From the NCBI RefSeq assembly GCF_009914755.1, contig NC_060928.1: a DNA stretch of 64,000 nt; one strand, written 5' to 3'. Each line of letters opens with the position of its first letter. Position 1 is the first letter of the stretch. The notes below the pieces were generated by a model. The model was not told the origin of the DNA. It searched no databases and worked only from the letters and a program-made list of their open reading frames with translations. Position numbers and translations under genes: made by a program. Below are positions 29,244 to 41,946 of the stretch, in pieces. This DNA is from the human T2T-CHM13v2.0 reference genome, Homo sapiens.

Positions 29244-30682
29244 CCTAATTACTACCCAGACCCCTTTCTGCTCATTGTACTAGTCAGAATTTGCTCACAT
29301 ACCTAATAAAAAAGAGATTATCATGAGATTACTAGTAATGATCAGTCATTAATTAACCCTTGCGGCTCTTGTGGAGACCATGCCAATCCTCCAATCAGGA
29401 AACTTTTCTTTCTACCTACACCATTGTGATAAGTAGGTATTTGTTCTTCTTCAAACAATAGGAAACACTGAACTGCTTCTCACTGTAGAGTTACACTACT
29501 TAATTTTCCTTTTCAATTGTTATTCAGCATGCCTTGTGAAAAATATATTGTCCACCAGCTAAAGTCAAAGAGTGCAGCAGTTGGGAAAAACATACACAGC
29601 TTTGGAAAGAGATAGGAGTTCCCTGTCTCCACAGGCTGCCAACACAATGGAACAAAATTGAGTGACTACTGTTTGTGCAAATGTTGCTTTACCATCATAA
29701 AATCAATTTTTAATTTGTCAATAATCTAAATTGAAATTTATCTTCAGTGCATTGAGCTGGAGGAGATCTGTTGCATAATCAAAGACATCCTCTGGCAAAC
29801 CTTGCTCCCGACTTCTAAATACTGCAGTTTAACTTCACTGGGATTTTCTTAATCTTCATAACCTCGAATCCTGTGATGTGAACTGTTAAGGGCATCTCTG
29901 AGTCACTTATTGAAGTCTTTTGAATAATGTATTCTCTCAAGTCCACACTTCCCTTTGAAGAGTTTGCCCCCTCTTGTCTCTGTAATCAGAGCACTGGTGT
30001 AAACTTCATGCCAGTTGTAGAAGTTCTATGAATGAAAAGCTCTGCAGCAAACTTTATCTGCTGTTTTCTCTGCTCTGTTGACCCCATTGATAAAACCTCT
30101 CTGCCAACACAGTATGAACAGCATTCCTATGGGAAACATATATTTTACTCTTCTGATAAAAAGTGGATGTTATCACATCAAAGGGCTTCTATGTGAACTG
30201 AACCCTTATGACTATAATATTTGTTTGGCTCTAGAAATGCCATCTGGAGAGTATGTTACAAGATAATATTATGATAAAATGGAAAATTCCCAAAGTGTAA
30301 TACACGATGTTAAAATTTGAAAAATTATGAGATTTTTCTTACTTTGTCTCCTTTCAACTTCATATCTGTCAAAGATGACCCATCTCAATTCTCCATTTGT
30401 ATTCCATCAGCTTCCACTCTAGGTCTTGGACCAGTAAAATGTTAATCCCATATTCTGTGACTTGATACCAAGTAATTATTACTGCTAAAATGGATGTGAC
30501 TGTCTGAATAAATTATGGAAACAAACTTTCTAAGATGTAGCCTAAGAACTATGAAACAAAACAAACACTTTCTGAACCTTAAGATTGCCTTAATTTATCC
30601 TATAAAATCTAAGATATATAGCTATCACAGTCAGTGGGGTAATTCCACTTCCTACTCAGAAACAAGGCAGACAAAGCAGCTA

Positions 30683-30979
<297 letters not shown>

Positions 30980-31514
30980 TCATTGTATGTTAATAATAAC
31001 TCAACTTAACTGCTAGAAAATATATTTTGAAATGGAGATAAGGTTTCTTTTAGTTGTTGGTCTTTCCTTTAGGCAAGTTTTTAGAACACCAGGAAAGCTA
31101 CACGGCTGTAACCTCAAGGTAACTCATGGTACTTTATATCTACAGAAAGACAGGAAGAGCAAAACAAATAAAATAAAATGCCATTGCCATCTGGAGTGTA
31201 TAATAGAAATGCACAATGTATCATAATAGACAATAGCAATCTCAGACAGAGCTGCTCTTCCAGATTTGTCTTTATGTCATGCTTCAGGTCTGGTTTCATG
31301 ACTCTTATAATCTGAAAAACAGAATTACTCACAGAATAAAATGCCAAGCAATAAGAGTAGTATCTTGAACACCACATGCTATTCTCAGAAGTAAAAATTT
31401 CCAATATGCTGGGGGAATAAGCAAAGAACATCATTTTTAAATGAATTAGAAAGATATTTTTACATTCTGACATATCTTTAAGAATTTTAATATCAGCTCA
31501 GTAAATATTATACT

Positions 31515-32211
31515 TGTTACGAACTGAATTGGGTCCCTCCCAAAATTTATATATTGAAGTCCTAAAGCTCAGTACTTTAGTGTGTAATTGTATTTCTAAG
31601 GTCTTTAAAGAAACGATTAAGACCGGGCATGGTGGTTCATGCCTGTAATTCCAACACTTTGGGAGGTCAAGGAGGGCAAATTGCTTGATTCCAGGAGTTT
31701 GAGACCAGTGTGAGCAACATGGTGAAACCCCATCTCAATGAAAGATACACAAATTAGCTAGGTATGGTAGCATGTGCCTACTCAGGAGGCTGAGATAGGA
31801 AGATCATTTGAGCTGGGAAGAAAGAGGTTGCAGTGAGCCATGATCAAACCACTGCACTTCAGACTGGATGAGAGACCTGTCTCAAAAAAAAAAAAAAAAA
31901 AAAAAAAAAAAGGAAGTAAGAAAATTAAGAAAAAAACCAAAAACCAATTAAGATTAAATAAGATCAGAAAGGTGTAGCCCAAATTAATTAAGACGGGTGT
32001 CCTTGTGTGATTAATCGACTGCAAGGGTGCACCACATGGAGAAAAGACCATGTGAGAACACAATCAGAAGGCACTATCTGCAAGCCAAAGAGAGAGGGCT
32101 CAGGGAAAACTAACTTTTTCGATGTTGGACTTCCAGCCCCTATCCAGAACCATGAGAAAATAAATGAGCTGTTTTTGTATTTTGTTGCAGCATCCCTAGA
32201 AAACAAATACA
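31515..32211 (+). mobile_element. MLT1B-like MaLR LTR interrupted by AluJ
   Basis: Begins 'tgttacgaactgaattgggtccctcccaaaattt'; resumes after the Alu with 'gaccatgtgagaacaca...tctgcaagccaaagagagagg...ttggacttccagcc...aaacaaataca'. Confidence 0.8.
31621..31912 (+). mobile_element. AluJ
   Basis: 'ttgcttgattccaggagtttgagaccag', 'gagccatgatcaaaccactgcac', poly(A). Confidence 0.9.
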
Positions 32212-32214
32212 ATT

Positions 32215-32833
32215 CAGTAGTTGCCGCCCCACACCCCTTTTCCATAGTTTTATTATTATTCTTATTCATGATTTTAATTACCTGTGGTCAGCTGTGATTA
32301 GGAAATATTAAATGGAAAATTTCAGAAATAAACAATTCATAAGTTTTAGATTGCATGCCATTCCGAGCACAAAGATGAAGTCTTGTGCCACCCCATCCCA
32401 TCCTGCTCAATTTCAGCCTGGACATGCAACCTCCCTTTGTCCAGCGTCTTTATCTATAGAAGCTCTTTGTCACTTAGTAGCTGTCTGGGTGATCAGATTG
32501 ACTGCCACAGTATGGTGGAGCTTGTTTTCAAGCAATCCCTAGTTCACTTAATAAGGGCTCCAAAGCACAAGAGTGCAATGCTGGCAATTTGAATATGCCA
32601 AAGAGAAGCTGTAAAATGCTTTGTTTATAAGTGAAAAGGTAAATGTTCTTGATAATGAGGAAAGAAAAAACCATATGCTGAGTTTGCTAAGATCTAAGGT
32701 AAGACAATCTTCTATCTGTAAAATTATGGAAAAAACAATATGTAGAGTATATAGAGAGTTTGATACTATTTGCAAGTTCATGCATCTACTGGAGGTCTTG
32801 GAGCATAATCTCTGATAATAGGAGGGGAATACT
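32215..32833 (+). mobile_element. MER44-type TcMar-Tigger DNA transposon
   Basis: Starts 'cagtag'; contains 'aaatattaaatggaaaatttcagaaataaacaattcataagtttta' and 'tccaaagcacaagagtg..atgctggcaatttg..tatgccaaagagaagctgtaaa'; ends 'ggaggggaatact'. Confidence 0.82.
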
Positions 32834-34125
32834 TTCATTCTGATTTTTAAATTTTAGCATTTTTTTTACCTCAAAATGTTCCCATCTCTTAATTTCTCCT
32901 TTTCTAGTTCCAGAAACTTTTCCTCAGTGAGACTTTACACTTATTAAAATGTCTCATTCTTTTTTTTTCCTTTGTTGATGGCATGTTTCCTTTGCTGATA
33001 GCAGTTTACAAGTTCTAAGCTGTGAGGTTACCAGATAATTTTGATTATTGATGTTGATAATACTAGAAACAATTAAATAAGACTATAAGTGCTCAATTAT
33101 TTTAAGACAAGTGTACCAAGTTATTGTAATCTGAATATCCAATAAGTTAACTGGTATATATTAAGCCAATGGAAATTTTCTCTTAGCAGATTTCTTCAAT
33201 TTAGTATTCCTTCCTTATTTGTGTTCTCAAACATCACAAAATTAAATGAAAAATGTAACATTGAGAAAAAGGGGGAAAAAGGAATGTAAAAGGAAAACAC
33301 AATATCTAAAATCTCTGAGACGGTTTCAAAATTGCATAAGTGTACAAGAAAAATAATAAGAAAAGAACAAACATAAGAAATATTTGAAGTGATAATAGCT
33401 GTGAACTTTACAGAATCAAGGACAGAAATCAAATCATAGGACCAGAAGGCTCAAAAACACAAGGCAGGATAAATACCAAAATTCTGCTTCTTTTTGGGTA
33501 TATCATATTCAAATTGCAGAAAACCAAAGACAAAAAAAAATCTTGAATGGAAGCTGCCATGGGGAAATATTTTACTTACAGAGGAAAAATAATAAATGCA
33601 GTGGACTTCTCAGACTATAAGCAAATGAAGATAAAGTAAATATTTAAAGTGTTGAAAGAAGAATAAAGTGCCAAACTAGAAGTTTTTATCCAGCTAAATT
33701 ATTCTTTAAAATGATGTAAGATTATTTCAAAGACAAAAACAGAGGGAATTTATTTTCAATAAACTAAAAGAATTTCTTCGGGTAGAGGTAAAATAATACA
33801 TTTTAGAAATTTAGATCTACAAAAAAAGGAAATAGATAAAAAAATCAAACCACGCTAAGAAAAATAAGGTAAATTACTGTGTTTTTGATTTTTAAATTCT
33901 TAAATAATATATAATATAACTGTGTGTATAAAGCAATAAAATGAGAATGTATAGGGTGACTATACCTTATTAATAAGTGAAATCAAAGACTGCAATGCCA
34001 CAAGGAAGGAAAGACCCAAATTGTTCTTATATAATTTACTTATGTTACATATGAAATGATTTAGTTCTATTTTAGTGAGGGCTTAGATTAGCATGAAAAA
34101 ATGTTTATTGTGAACTCTAGGGCAG

Positions 34126-34517
34126 TGTATTAGTCTGTTGTCACACTGCCATAAAGAACTACCTGAGACTGGGTAATTTATTATTTTTTTAAAATAAGTT
34201 TCTTTGACTCACAGTTCTGCAGGCTGTACAGGAAGCATGGCTGGGAAGACCTCAGGAAACTTACAGTCATGCAGAAGGTGAAGGAGATGCAGGTACATCT
34301 TCACATGGTGACAGGAGAGAGAGCGAGAGAGAGAAGGGGGAAGTGCTACACGTTTTCAAACAACCAGATCTTGTGAGTACTCACTCACTATCATGAGAAC
34401 AGCAAGGGGGAAGTCTTCCCCCATGATCCAATCACCTCCCACTAGGTCTCTCTTCCAGCAGTAGGAACTAAAATTCCACCTGACATTTGGGTGGAGACAA
34501 AGAGTCAAACCATATCA
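34126..34517 (-). mobile_element. MSTA LTR (3' LTR of the MaLR provirus)
   Basis: 'tgtattagtctg...gttctgcaggctgtacaggaagcatggc...aaccatatca'; preceded by TSD ggcag. Confidence 0.9.
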
Positions 34518-36083
34518 TTTTGACCTTGGCCCCTCCCAAATCTCATGTCCTTCTCACATTTCAAAACACTATCATGGCTTCCCAACAGTGCCCCAAAGTC
34601 TTGACTCATTGCAGCATTAAATCATAATTCCAATTCCAAAGTCTTATCTGGGACAAGGCAAGTCCCTTTCACCTATGTGACTGTAAAATAAAAAACAAGT
34701 TTGTTACTGCCAAGATTCAATGGGGTTCCAGGTGTTGAGTAAACAGACCCATTCCAAGAGGGAAAAAATCAGTCAAAACAAAGGGACCACATGCCTCATG
34801 CAAGTCCAAAACCCAGAAGGGAAGTCATAAAATCTTATATTTCTCAAATAATCTCATTGGACTCCATGGTTCATATCCAGGCCATGCTGATGCAAGGGCT
34901 GGACTCCCAGGGTCTTGGGCAACTTTGTGCCTGTGTCCCTACTGGGTACATCCTCCATGGCTGCTCACTCAGGCTGACATTGAGTGTTTGTGGCCTTTTG
35001 AGGTGCAAGGTGCAAGCTGTCAGTGGGTCTACCACTCTGGGGTCTGGAGGAAAGTGGCCCTCTTCTCACAGCTCCACTAGGCAGTGCCCCACTGGGTACT
35101 CTGTTTAGGGGCTCCAACCCCACATTCCCTGTCTGCAGTGCCCTAATAGATGTACTTCACGTGGGGTCTATCCATTCAGCAGATTTCTGTCTGGACATCC
35201 AGACATTTTCACGTGTCCTCTGAAATCTAAGCAGAGGCTTCCAAACCTCAACTCTTGCCTTCTGCACATCTGCAGTCCCAACACCATGTGGAAGTTGCCA
35301 AGGCTTGGGGTTTGCACCCTCTGAAGCAACAGCCTGAATTGTACTTTGGCCTCTTTTATCCATGGCTGGAGCTGGAGCAACTGGATGCAGGGTTCCAAGT
35401 CCCTAGTCTGGACACCACATGGGGGCCCTCGGCCCTCCCCATGAAACCATTTTTCCCTCCTAGGCTTCTGGGCCTGTAATGGGAGGGGCTGCTGTGAAGG
35501 TCTCTGACATGTCCTGGAGACATTTTGCCAGTTCCCTTGGTGATTAACATCCAGCTCTTTATTACTTATGCAAATTTCTGCAGCCAGCTTGAATTTCTCC
35601 CCAGAAAATGGAATTTTCATTTCTAGCACATCATTTTTCTTTTTTATCACAAGTTTGCAATTTTCCAAACTTTCATACTCTTATTCCTCTTGAGCACTTT
35701 GCCACTTAGAAATTTTCTCCACCAGATACCCTAAATAATCTCTCTCAAGTTCAAATTTCCATAGATCTCTAGGGCAGAGGAAAAATGCCATTGGTATCTT
35801 TGCTAAAGCATAGCAAGGGTGACCTTTACTTCAATTCCCAACAAGTTTCTTATCTCCATCTGAGACCATCTCAGTCTGGATTTCATTGTCCATATTATTA
35901 TCAGCACTTTGGTCAAAGCCATCCAACAAGTCGCTAGGAAGTTCCAAACTTTCCCACATAATCTTGTCTTCTTCTGAGCCCTCCAAACTGTTCCAACCTC
36001 TGCCTGCTACCCAGTTCCAAAGTCACTTCCACATTTTCGGGTATCTTTATGGAAGCACTCCACTCTCTGCAGTACCAATTTAT
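34518..36083 (-). mobile_element. MaLR internal region (MSTA-int/THE1-int), degraded ORF
   Basis: 'ggcccctcccaaatctcatgtcc', 'ctccactaggcagtgcccc', 'ttgaatttctccccagaaaatgg'; ORF fragment 'FSGEKFKLAAEICISNKE' is typical of MaLR internal ORFs. Confidence 0.92.
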
Positions 36084-36443
36084 TGTATTAGTACATTCTC
36101 ACAATGCTTTAAAGAACTGTATAAGACTGAGTGATTAATAAAGGAAAGTGGATTAATTTACTCACAGTTCTGAATGGCCGGAGAGGCCTCAGGAAACTTA
36201 CCATTATGATGGAAGGCATCTCTTCACAGAGTGGCAGGATAGAGAATGAATGCCAGGAAGGAAAATGACAGATGGTTATAAAACCATCAGATCTCATGAG
36301 AACTCACTCACTATCATGAGAACAGCATGGGAGAAACTGCCACTATGATTCAATTACCTCCCACGGGGTCCCTCCTATAACATGTGGGAATTATTAAAAT
36401 TTAAGGTGAGATTTGGGTGGGGACACAGAGCCAAACCATATCT
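36084..36443 (-). mobile_element. THE1D-like LTR inside the MSTA element
   Basis: 'gcatctcttcacagagtggcaggatagagaatgaatgcc', 'aacagcatgggagaaactgccactatgattcaattacctccc', 'ggggacacagagccaaaccatatc'; differs from both outer LTRs. Confidence 0.8.
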
Positions 36444-36670
36444 CCAACTGAGACCAGTTCAGCCTGAACTTCACTATCCATATCACTATCAACATTTTGG
36501 TCACAATCATTCAACAAGTGTCTAGGGAGTTCCAAACTTTTCCTCATCTTCCTGTCTTCTTCTGAGCCTCCCAAATTATTGCAACCTCTGCCCATTACTC
36601 AGTTCCAAAGTTGCTTCCACATTTTCAGTGATCTTTACAGAAACATCTCCCTTCTCTGGTACCAATTTTA
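36444..36670 (-). mobile_element. MaLR internal leader fragment (paralogous to 35855-36083)
   Basis: Collinear similarity, e.g. 'agttccaaacttt', 'tgtcttcttctgagcc', 'cagttccaaagt..cttccacattttc', 'gtaccaattt'. Confidence 0.9.
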
Positions 36671-37051
36671 TGTATTAGGGTGTTCCTACACTGCTCTAAA
36701 AATACTACCTGAGACTGGGTAGTTTATTAAGAAAATAGGTTTCCTTGACTCATAGTTCCAGAGGATGTACAGGAAGCATGGCTACAGAGGCCTCAGGAAA
36801 CTTACATCACGACACAAGGTAAAAGGGAAGCAAGCACATCTTCACATAGTGACAGGAGAGAGAGAAGAAGGAGGAAGTGCTACTCACTTTCAAACAACCA
36901 GATCTTATGAGCACTCACTCACTATCATGAGAACAGCAAGGGGGAAATCTGCTTCCTTGATCCAATCACTTCCCTCCAGGTCCGTCTCCTAATATTGGGA
37001 ATTACAACTGGACATGAAATTTGGATGGGGACACAAAGTCAGACTATATTA
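36671..37051 (-). mobile_element. MSTA LTR (5' LTR of the MaLR provirus)
   Basis: Highly similar to 34126-34517 ('ctacctgagactgggta', 'tgtacaggaagcatggct', 'catcttcacat.gtgacaggagagagag'); followed by TSD ggcaa. Confidence 0.9.
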
Positions 37052-37187
37052 GGCAATTACTCAAAAATGTAAAACAAAAGCATAATTAATAGGCTAAAAC
37101 AGACTGGAAACAATCAAACATTCAATTTAAATCAGAGAGAAAGATGGGAGAAATAAATAAAAATGCAATTAGTAAAAAAAGGTCAAA

Positions 37188-39294
37188 CTTCTTCTCAATG
37201 AGTTTGCATGAAAGAACAAGTGTTGAGAAAACAACCCCTTAAAGCCAAAATGGGAGAGAAAAGTCTCATGTCAACATCGTTGTCATTAGACACATAGATT
37301 CGAGCATGTTCATCACTTCTGACCATCTGGTCTAAAACTGTGGTGGGATTGACAAAAGAACCACTGAAAATTTTGATAAGGAGGCTGGTGAGTGGGAGAG
37401 GACTTCTTCAAGTATGCTTGGCTGAGCAAGAACAGGGCATCACCATTGATATCTCCCTGCAGAAATTTGAGACCAGAAAGTATTACGTTACTATCACTAA
37501 TGCCCAAGGACATAAAGACTCCATCAAAAACATGATTATAGGAATCTCAGGCAGACTGTGCTGTCCTATTTGTTGCTGCTGGTGTTGGTGATTTTAAGAT
37601 GGTATCTCAAAGAATTGATGGACCTATGAGCATTCCCTTCTGACTTACACACTGGATGTGAAATAACTAATTATCAATGTTAACAGCATGGATACTACTG
37701 AGCCACCCTACAGCCAGAAGAGACATGAGGAAATCATTAAGGAAATCAGCACTTACATTACAAAAATTGCCTATAACACTGAAGCAGTACTATATGTGCC
37801 AATTTCTGATTGGAATGGGACAAAATGCTGGAGCCAAGTACTAACATGTCTTGGTTCAAGGGATAAAAAGTCACCTATAAATATGGCAATGCCAATGGAA
37901 CCATGCTGCTTGAAGCTTTTTGTTGCATCCTACCACCAACTTGCCCAACTGACAAGTGCTTTCATCTACCCTTCCAGAGGTCTGCAAAGTCAATGGTATT
38001 GAGCCCTGTGCACTGAATGGAGACAGTGTTCTCAAATCCAGAACGGATGTCACCTTTACTCCAGTCAACATTACAACCAAAGTAAAGTCTGTTGAAATGC
38101 ACAATGAAGCTTTGAGTAGAGCTCTTCCTGGGGATAATGTAGGCTTCAAGAATGTGTCTAAGATGTTTGTCATGGCAACACTGCTGGTAACAACAAAATG
38201 ATCCATCAATGGAAGCAGCTGGCTTCATTGCTTAGATGATTTTCCTGGACCATCCAAGCCAAATCAGTGCTGGCTATGCCCTTGTGATGGATCATCACAC
38301 AGCTTACATTGCTTTCAAGTTTGCTGAGCTGAAGGTAAAGATTGATTGCTGTTCTAGTTAGAAGCTGGAAGATGGCCCTAAATTCCTGAAATCAAGTGAT
38401 GCTACCACCATTGATATGGTTCCTGTCAGGTGCATGTTTGTTGAGAGCTACTCTGATTGTCCTCTCTTGAATCATTTTGCTGTTTGCAATGAGACAGACA
38501 GTTACTGAAGGAGTCATCAAAGCAGTGGACAAGGAGCCTGCTGGAAATGTCAAGGTCACTAAGTATACCCAGATACCTCAGAAGACTAAATAAATATCCC
38601 TAACGACTGCCAACTCAGTCTTGATCAGTGGTGAGGAAAAGGTCCCAGAACTGTTTGCTTCAATTGGCCATTTAAGTCTAATAGTAAAAGACTGGTTAAT
38701 GATAACAGTGGATCGTAAAACCTTGAGAAGGAAAAAAAAAATGTTTAATGGACCATTTTGGGGTTTTGTATGATTGTGTTTGTGGCAGTTTTAATTTATT
38801 AGTTTTAATAATCAGTACTTTTTAATGGAAATAACATGAACAAAAATCTGTTACATAATTTTGAGACCCATTAAAACAAACTTTAATGAGAAATCTGTGT
38901 CTTCTTTTGGTCAACACTGAAACATTTTTAGAAATGCTTAGGCAAAGGACTTCAAAATCTATTTATGGTGTTGAAAATCTGCTGAAACTTCATGGGAGTA
39001 TGATAATTCTGAGTTAACATGTTTTTCTGATTGGAAATGGAGACGTTTTATTCCCCTACTTATTTTTAAGGGAAAGAAAATGTGTTTAAAGTACCTAGTG
39101 AAATGCTATGAGAGGGCTCTGGTTGCAAAACTATTGGTTAGGACAGAAATGCAGCATGCTTTTGTTCACTTGTAATTCACTTTAGAAGGTCAAGTTCTGT
39201 AATATCAAAGACCATGTGTTACATATAAAATTTTGTGTAGTTACATCAATATTGAGTAAATTTGTTGGAATCTCAAAAAGAATTAAAAGCAAAG
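37188..39294 (+). pseudogene. EEF1A1P: EEF1A1 processed pseudogene (eukaryotic elongation factor 1-alpha 1): full 5' UTR, disabled CDS 37250-38593, 3' UTR with apparent extension
   Basis: Intronless; 5' UTR '...cccttaaagccaaaATGgga'. Peptide remnants include [50 protein letters not shown] and [28 protein letters not shown]. 3' UTR includes 'agtaaaagactggttaatgataac' and 'aattttgagacccattaaaa'. Multiple frameshifts and stops. Pseudogene number not identifiable. Confidence 0.97.
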
Positions 39295-40161
39295 TATACG
39301 TTAACCCAAAACCTTTTAATATTCTCTTTAAATCGAATGGTCTAAATGCACTGATTAAAGTGCAAAGATAGAGCGAATAGAAATAAATTGTAAAATGTTG
39401 CCTATAAGAAACCTAATTTAAGTATAAAGAATTTGAACGGTTAAACTTAGAAATGTACTGTATATTATGTAGAAATAGACCATGCTGACACTAATCAAAA
39501 TAAAGCTTTGTGAACTATATTAATTTCAGACAAAGTAGAATTCAGAACAAGATAATCAGTAATTAAGTGAGGCATTACAAATTGATAAAGGGATCAATTC
39601 TCTAAGAATAGTTAATAATCCTTAACATGTATGTGTCTCATGGTAACATCAAAATATGTGAAACAAAACTGATCAAACTCAAAGGAGAAATGTGCAAGGC
39701 CACTGTTATAGTTGGAGATGTGGAGACTTCAACACATCTCTTTTAGTCATGGACAGATAAAGCAGGCAATTATCTGTCAGGGTTTACCTGAACAGCACTA
39801 TCAATCAACTTAATCTAATTGACAGTTATGGACTACTTCATCCAAGAAAAACAGATTACACATTTCTCTCAAGCTCACATGAAACATTCACCAAAATAGA
39901 GCAAGTTATGGGCCATAAAATACTCTTTAACACATTTTAATATAAATTATTTAAAGGAAATTATCAGATCACATGAAACGAAACTAGAACTCAATTAGGA
40001 AAATAGCTGAAAAATCTCGGAATACATGAACATTAAAAAACAAATTTATATATTGGAAGTGGGTCAAAAAGCTCTCAAGAGAATTAAAAATTATTTTAAA
40101 GTAAATGAAGATGAAAATATAAATTAAGAAAATATGTATGATATAAGGAAAGCAGTTCTTA

Positions 40162-40450
40162 GGCCAGGCATATTGGCTCATGCTTGCAATCCCAGCCCTT
40201 TGGGGAGGCTGAGGCGGGTATATCACTTGAGTACAGGAGTTCAAGGCCAAACTGGGCAACATGGTGAAGCCTCATCTCTACTAAAATTTCAAAAAAATTA
40301 GCTGGGCCTGGTGGCATATTCTTGTGTTCCTATTTACTTGGAAGGCTGAGGTGGGACAATCAATTGAGGCTGGAGGCTCATTGGGTGGATATCACACCAC
40401 TGCCCTCCAGCCTGGGTGACAGAGTGAGATCCTGTCTAAAAAAAAAAAAA
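40162..40450 (+). mobile_element. AluJ inserted in L1MC ORF2
   Basis: Diverged dimer; TSD aaagcagttctta / aaagcagtgctta. Confidence 0.9.
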
Positions 40451-41946
40451 GTTTAAAAAGCAGTGCTTAGAATGAAATTTAGAGTACTAAATAATATAAA
40501 TCTATATTTATATATTTTCTATATGTATGTTTTTCTCTCTATATATACAATATTTCTTTATGTTAGAAAAAATAAAGATTAAAAAAAAATCTTAGCTTTC
40601 ACATTAGGAAACTAGAGAATAAAGCACAAGTTAAGTATAAAGCCAGGAGAAGAACAGAAAAAATAAGAGTCAAAGCAGAAATCAATGAAATTGAAGTAGA
40701 AACAAAATAGAGAACATTAACAAAATCAAAAGCTGATTCTTTGAAAATATAAGCAAAATTCACAAATCTCTAGTTAGATTAAACAGTAAAAGAAGTGAAG
40801 GCAAAAATTGCTAATGTCAAAAATGAAGACATCATTATTACTCATCCATGGGCATTAAAAGGATAATAAGTAGCTCTATGCCACAGATTTGATAATGTAG
40901 ATAAAACAGACCAATTCTTTAAAAGACGCAAATTACTAAAATCCACAGCATGAGAGATAACCTGTATATTCCTATTTCTGTTAAAGAAATCATATCAATA
41001 ATAAATAATATTCCAAAAGAGAAAGCACCAGGCCTATATAGTTGCATTGGTGAATCATAGCAAATATTTAAGGAATAGATAATGCAAATTCTCCATAATC
41101 TCTTCCAAAAAATAAAAGCAGTTGGAACAGTCTCTACATTATTCTATTTCGCCCTAATAAAAAACACAGAAAATAAAGGTATTATTTAAACAAAAAAACT
41201 ACACCAATATCTTTTACGAATATACATGCAAAAGCCCCCACAAAATATTAGCAAACTGAATCCAATAATTTATGATAAATTATATATCACAACCATGTGG
41301 GTTTATTCCAGGTATGCAATGCTGGTTCTACATTTTTCTTCTTAAATTGTTGCTATTCTATGCTATGTTTCTTGTTCACATTGTTCTATTAATAAATAGA
41401 ATCCAGCAAAGCAACAATATAAATAAGAAAAACAACACAATTATAGCAATTGGCATTTGATCCAATACAATTTTGTAGTTAAACAAATTTTAAAAACTCA
41501 AAAAGAAACCTCTCATGCTAGAAATAGAGAAAATTCCTCAACCTTACCTAAACATCTACAAAATATCTATGGTATTTAAAATGGATTTATTAGATGTTTT
41601 CCCCTAAAATTAGGAACAAAGCAAGAACGTTCTTTCTCATCACTGCTACTCGACATTGTATTGAAAATCTGAGGTAATAAATAGAATGACAAAATAAAAT
41701 AAATGATATACTAATTGAAAAGACAGCATGAAACTCTCTTTTTTTGCTCAGCTGACATGCTGTCTATAAAGAAAAGACCAAAGAATTGAGAAAGCAACTT
41801 ATGAGACTAATAAGTGAAAACAGCAAAATTACAGTATACAAGATTAATATATAAATGTTAGGTACTTTTATACACAGATTTTTAAAATAAGAAACTATAA
41901 ATGCACTGAGGATAATAATATCTAGGTATAAATCTAACAAATTTGT

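Noticed and set aside
34791-36134. Cluster of ORFs up to 166 aa
   Set aside because: Frameshifted remnants of the MaLR internal ORF and antisense frames, not a host gene
36671-37252. LTR as a promoter driving the EEF1A1 retrocopy
   Set aside because: The MSTA LTR is on the minus strand and points away from the retrocopy, whose CDS is disabled
37340-38201. EF-1 alpha-like ORFs as a functional retrogene
   Set aside because: Many frameshifts and stops, a degraded GHVDSGKST motif and a deletion near 37427
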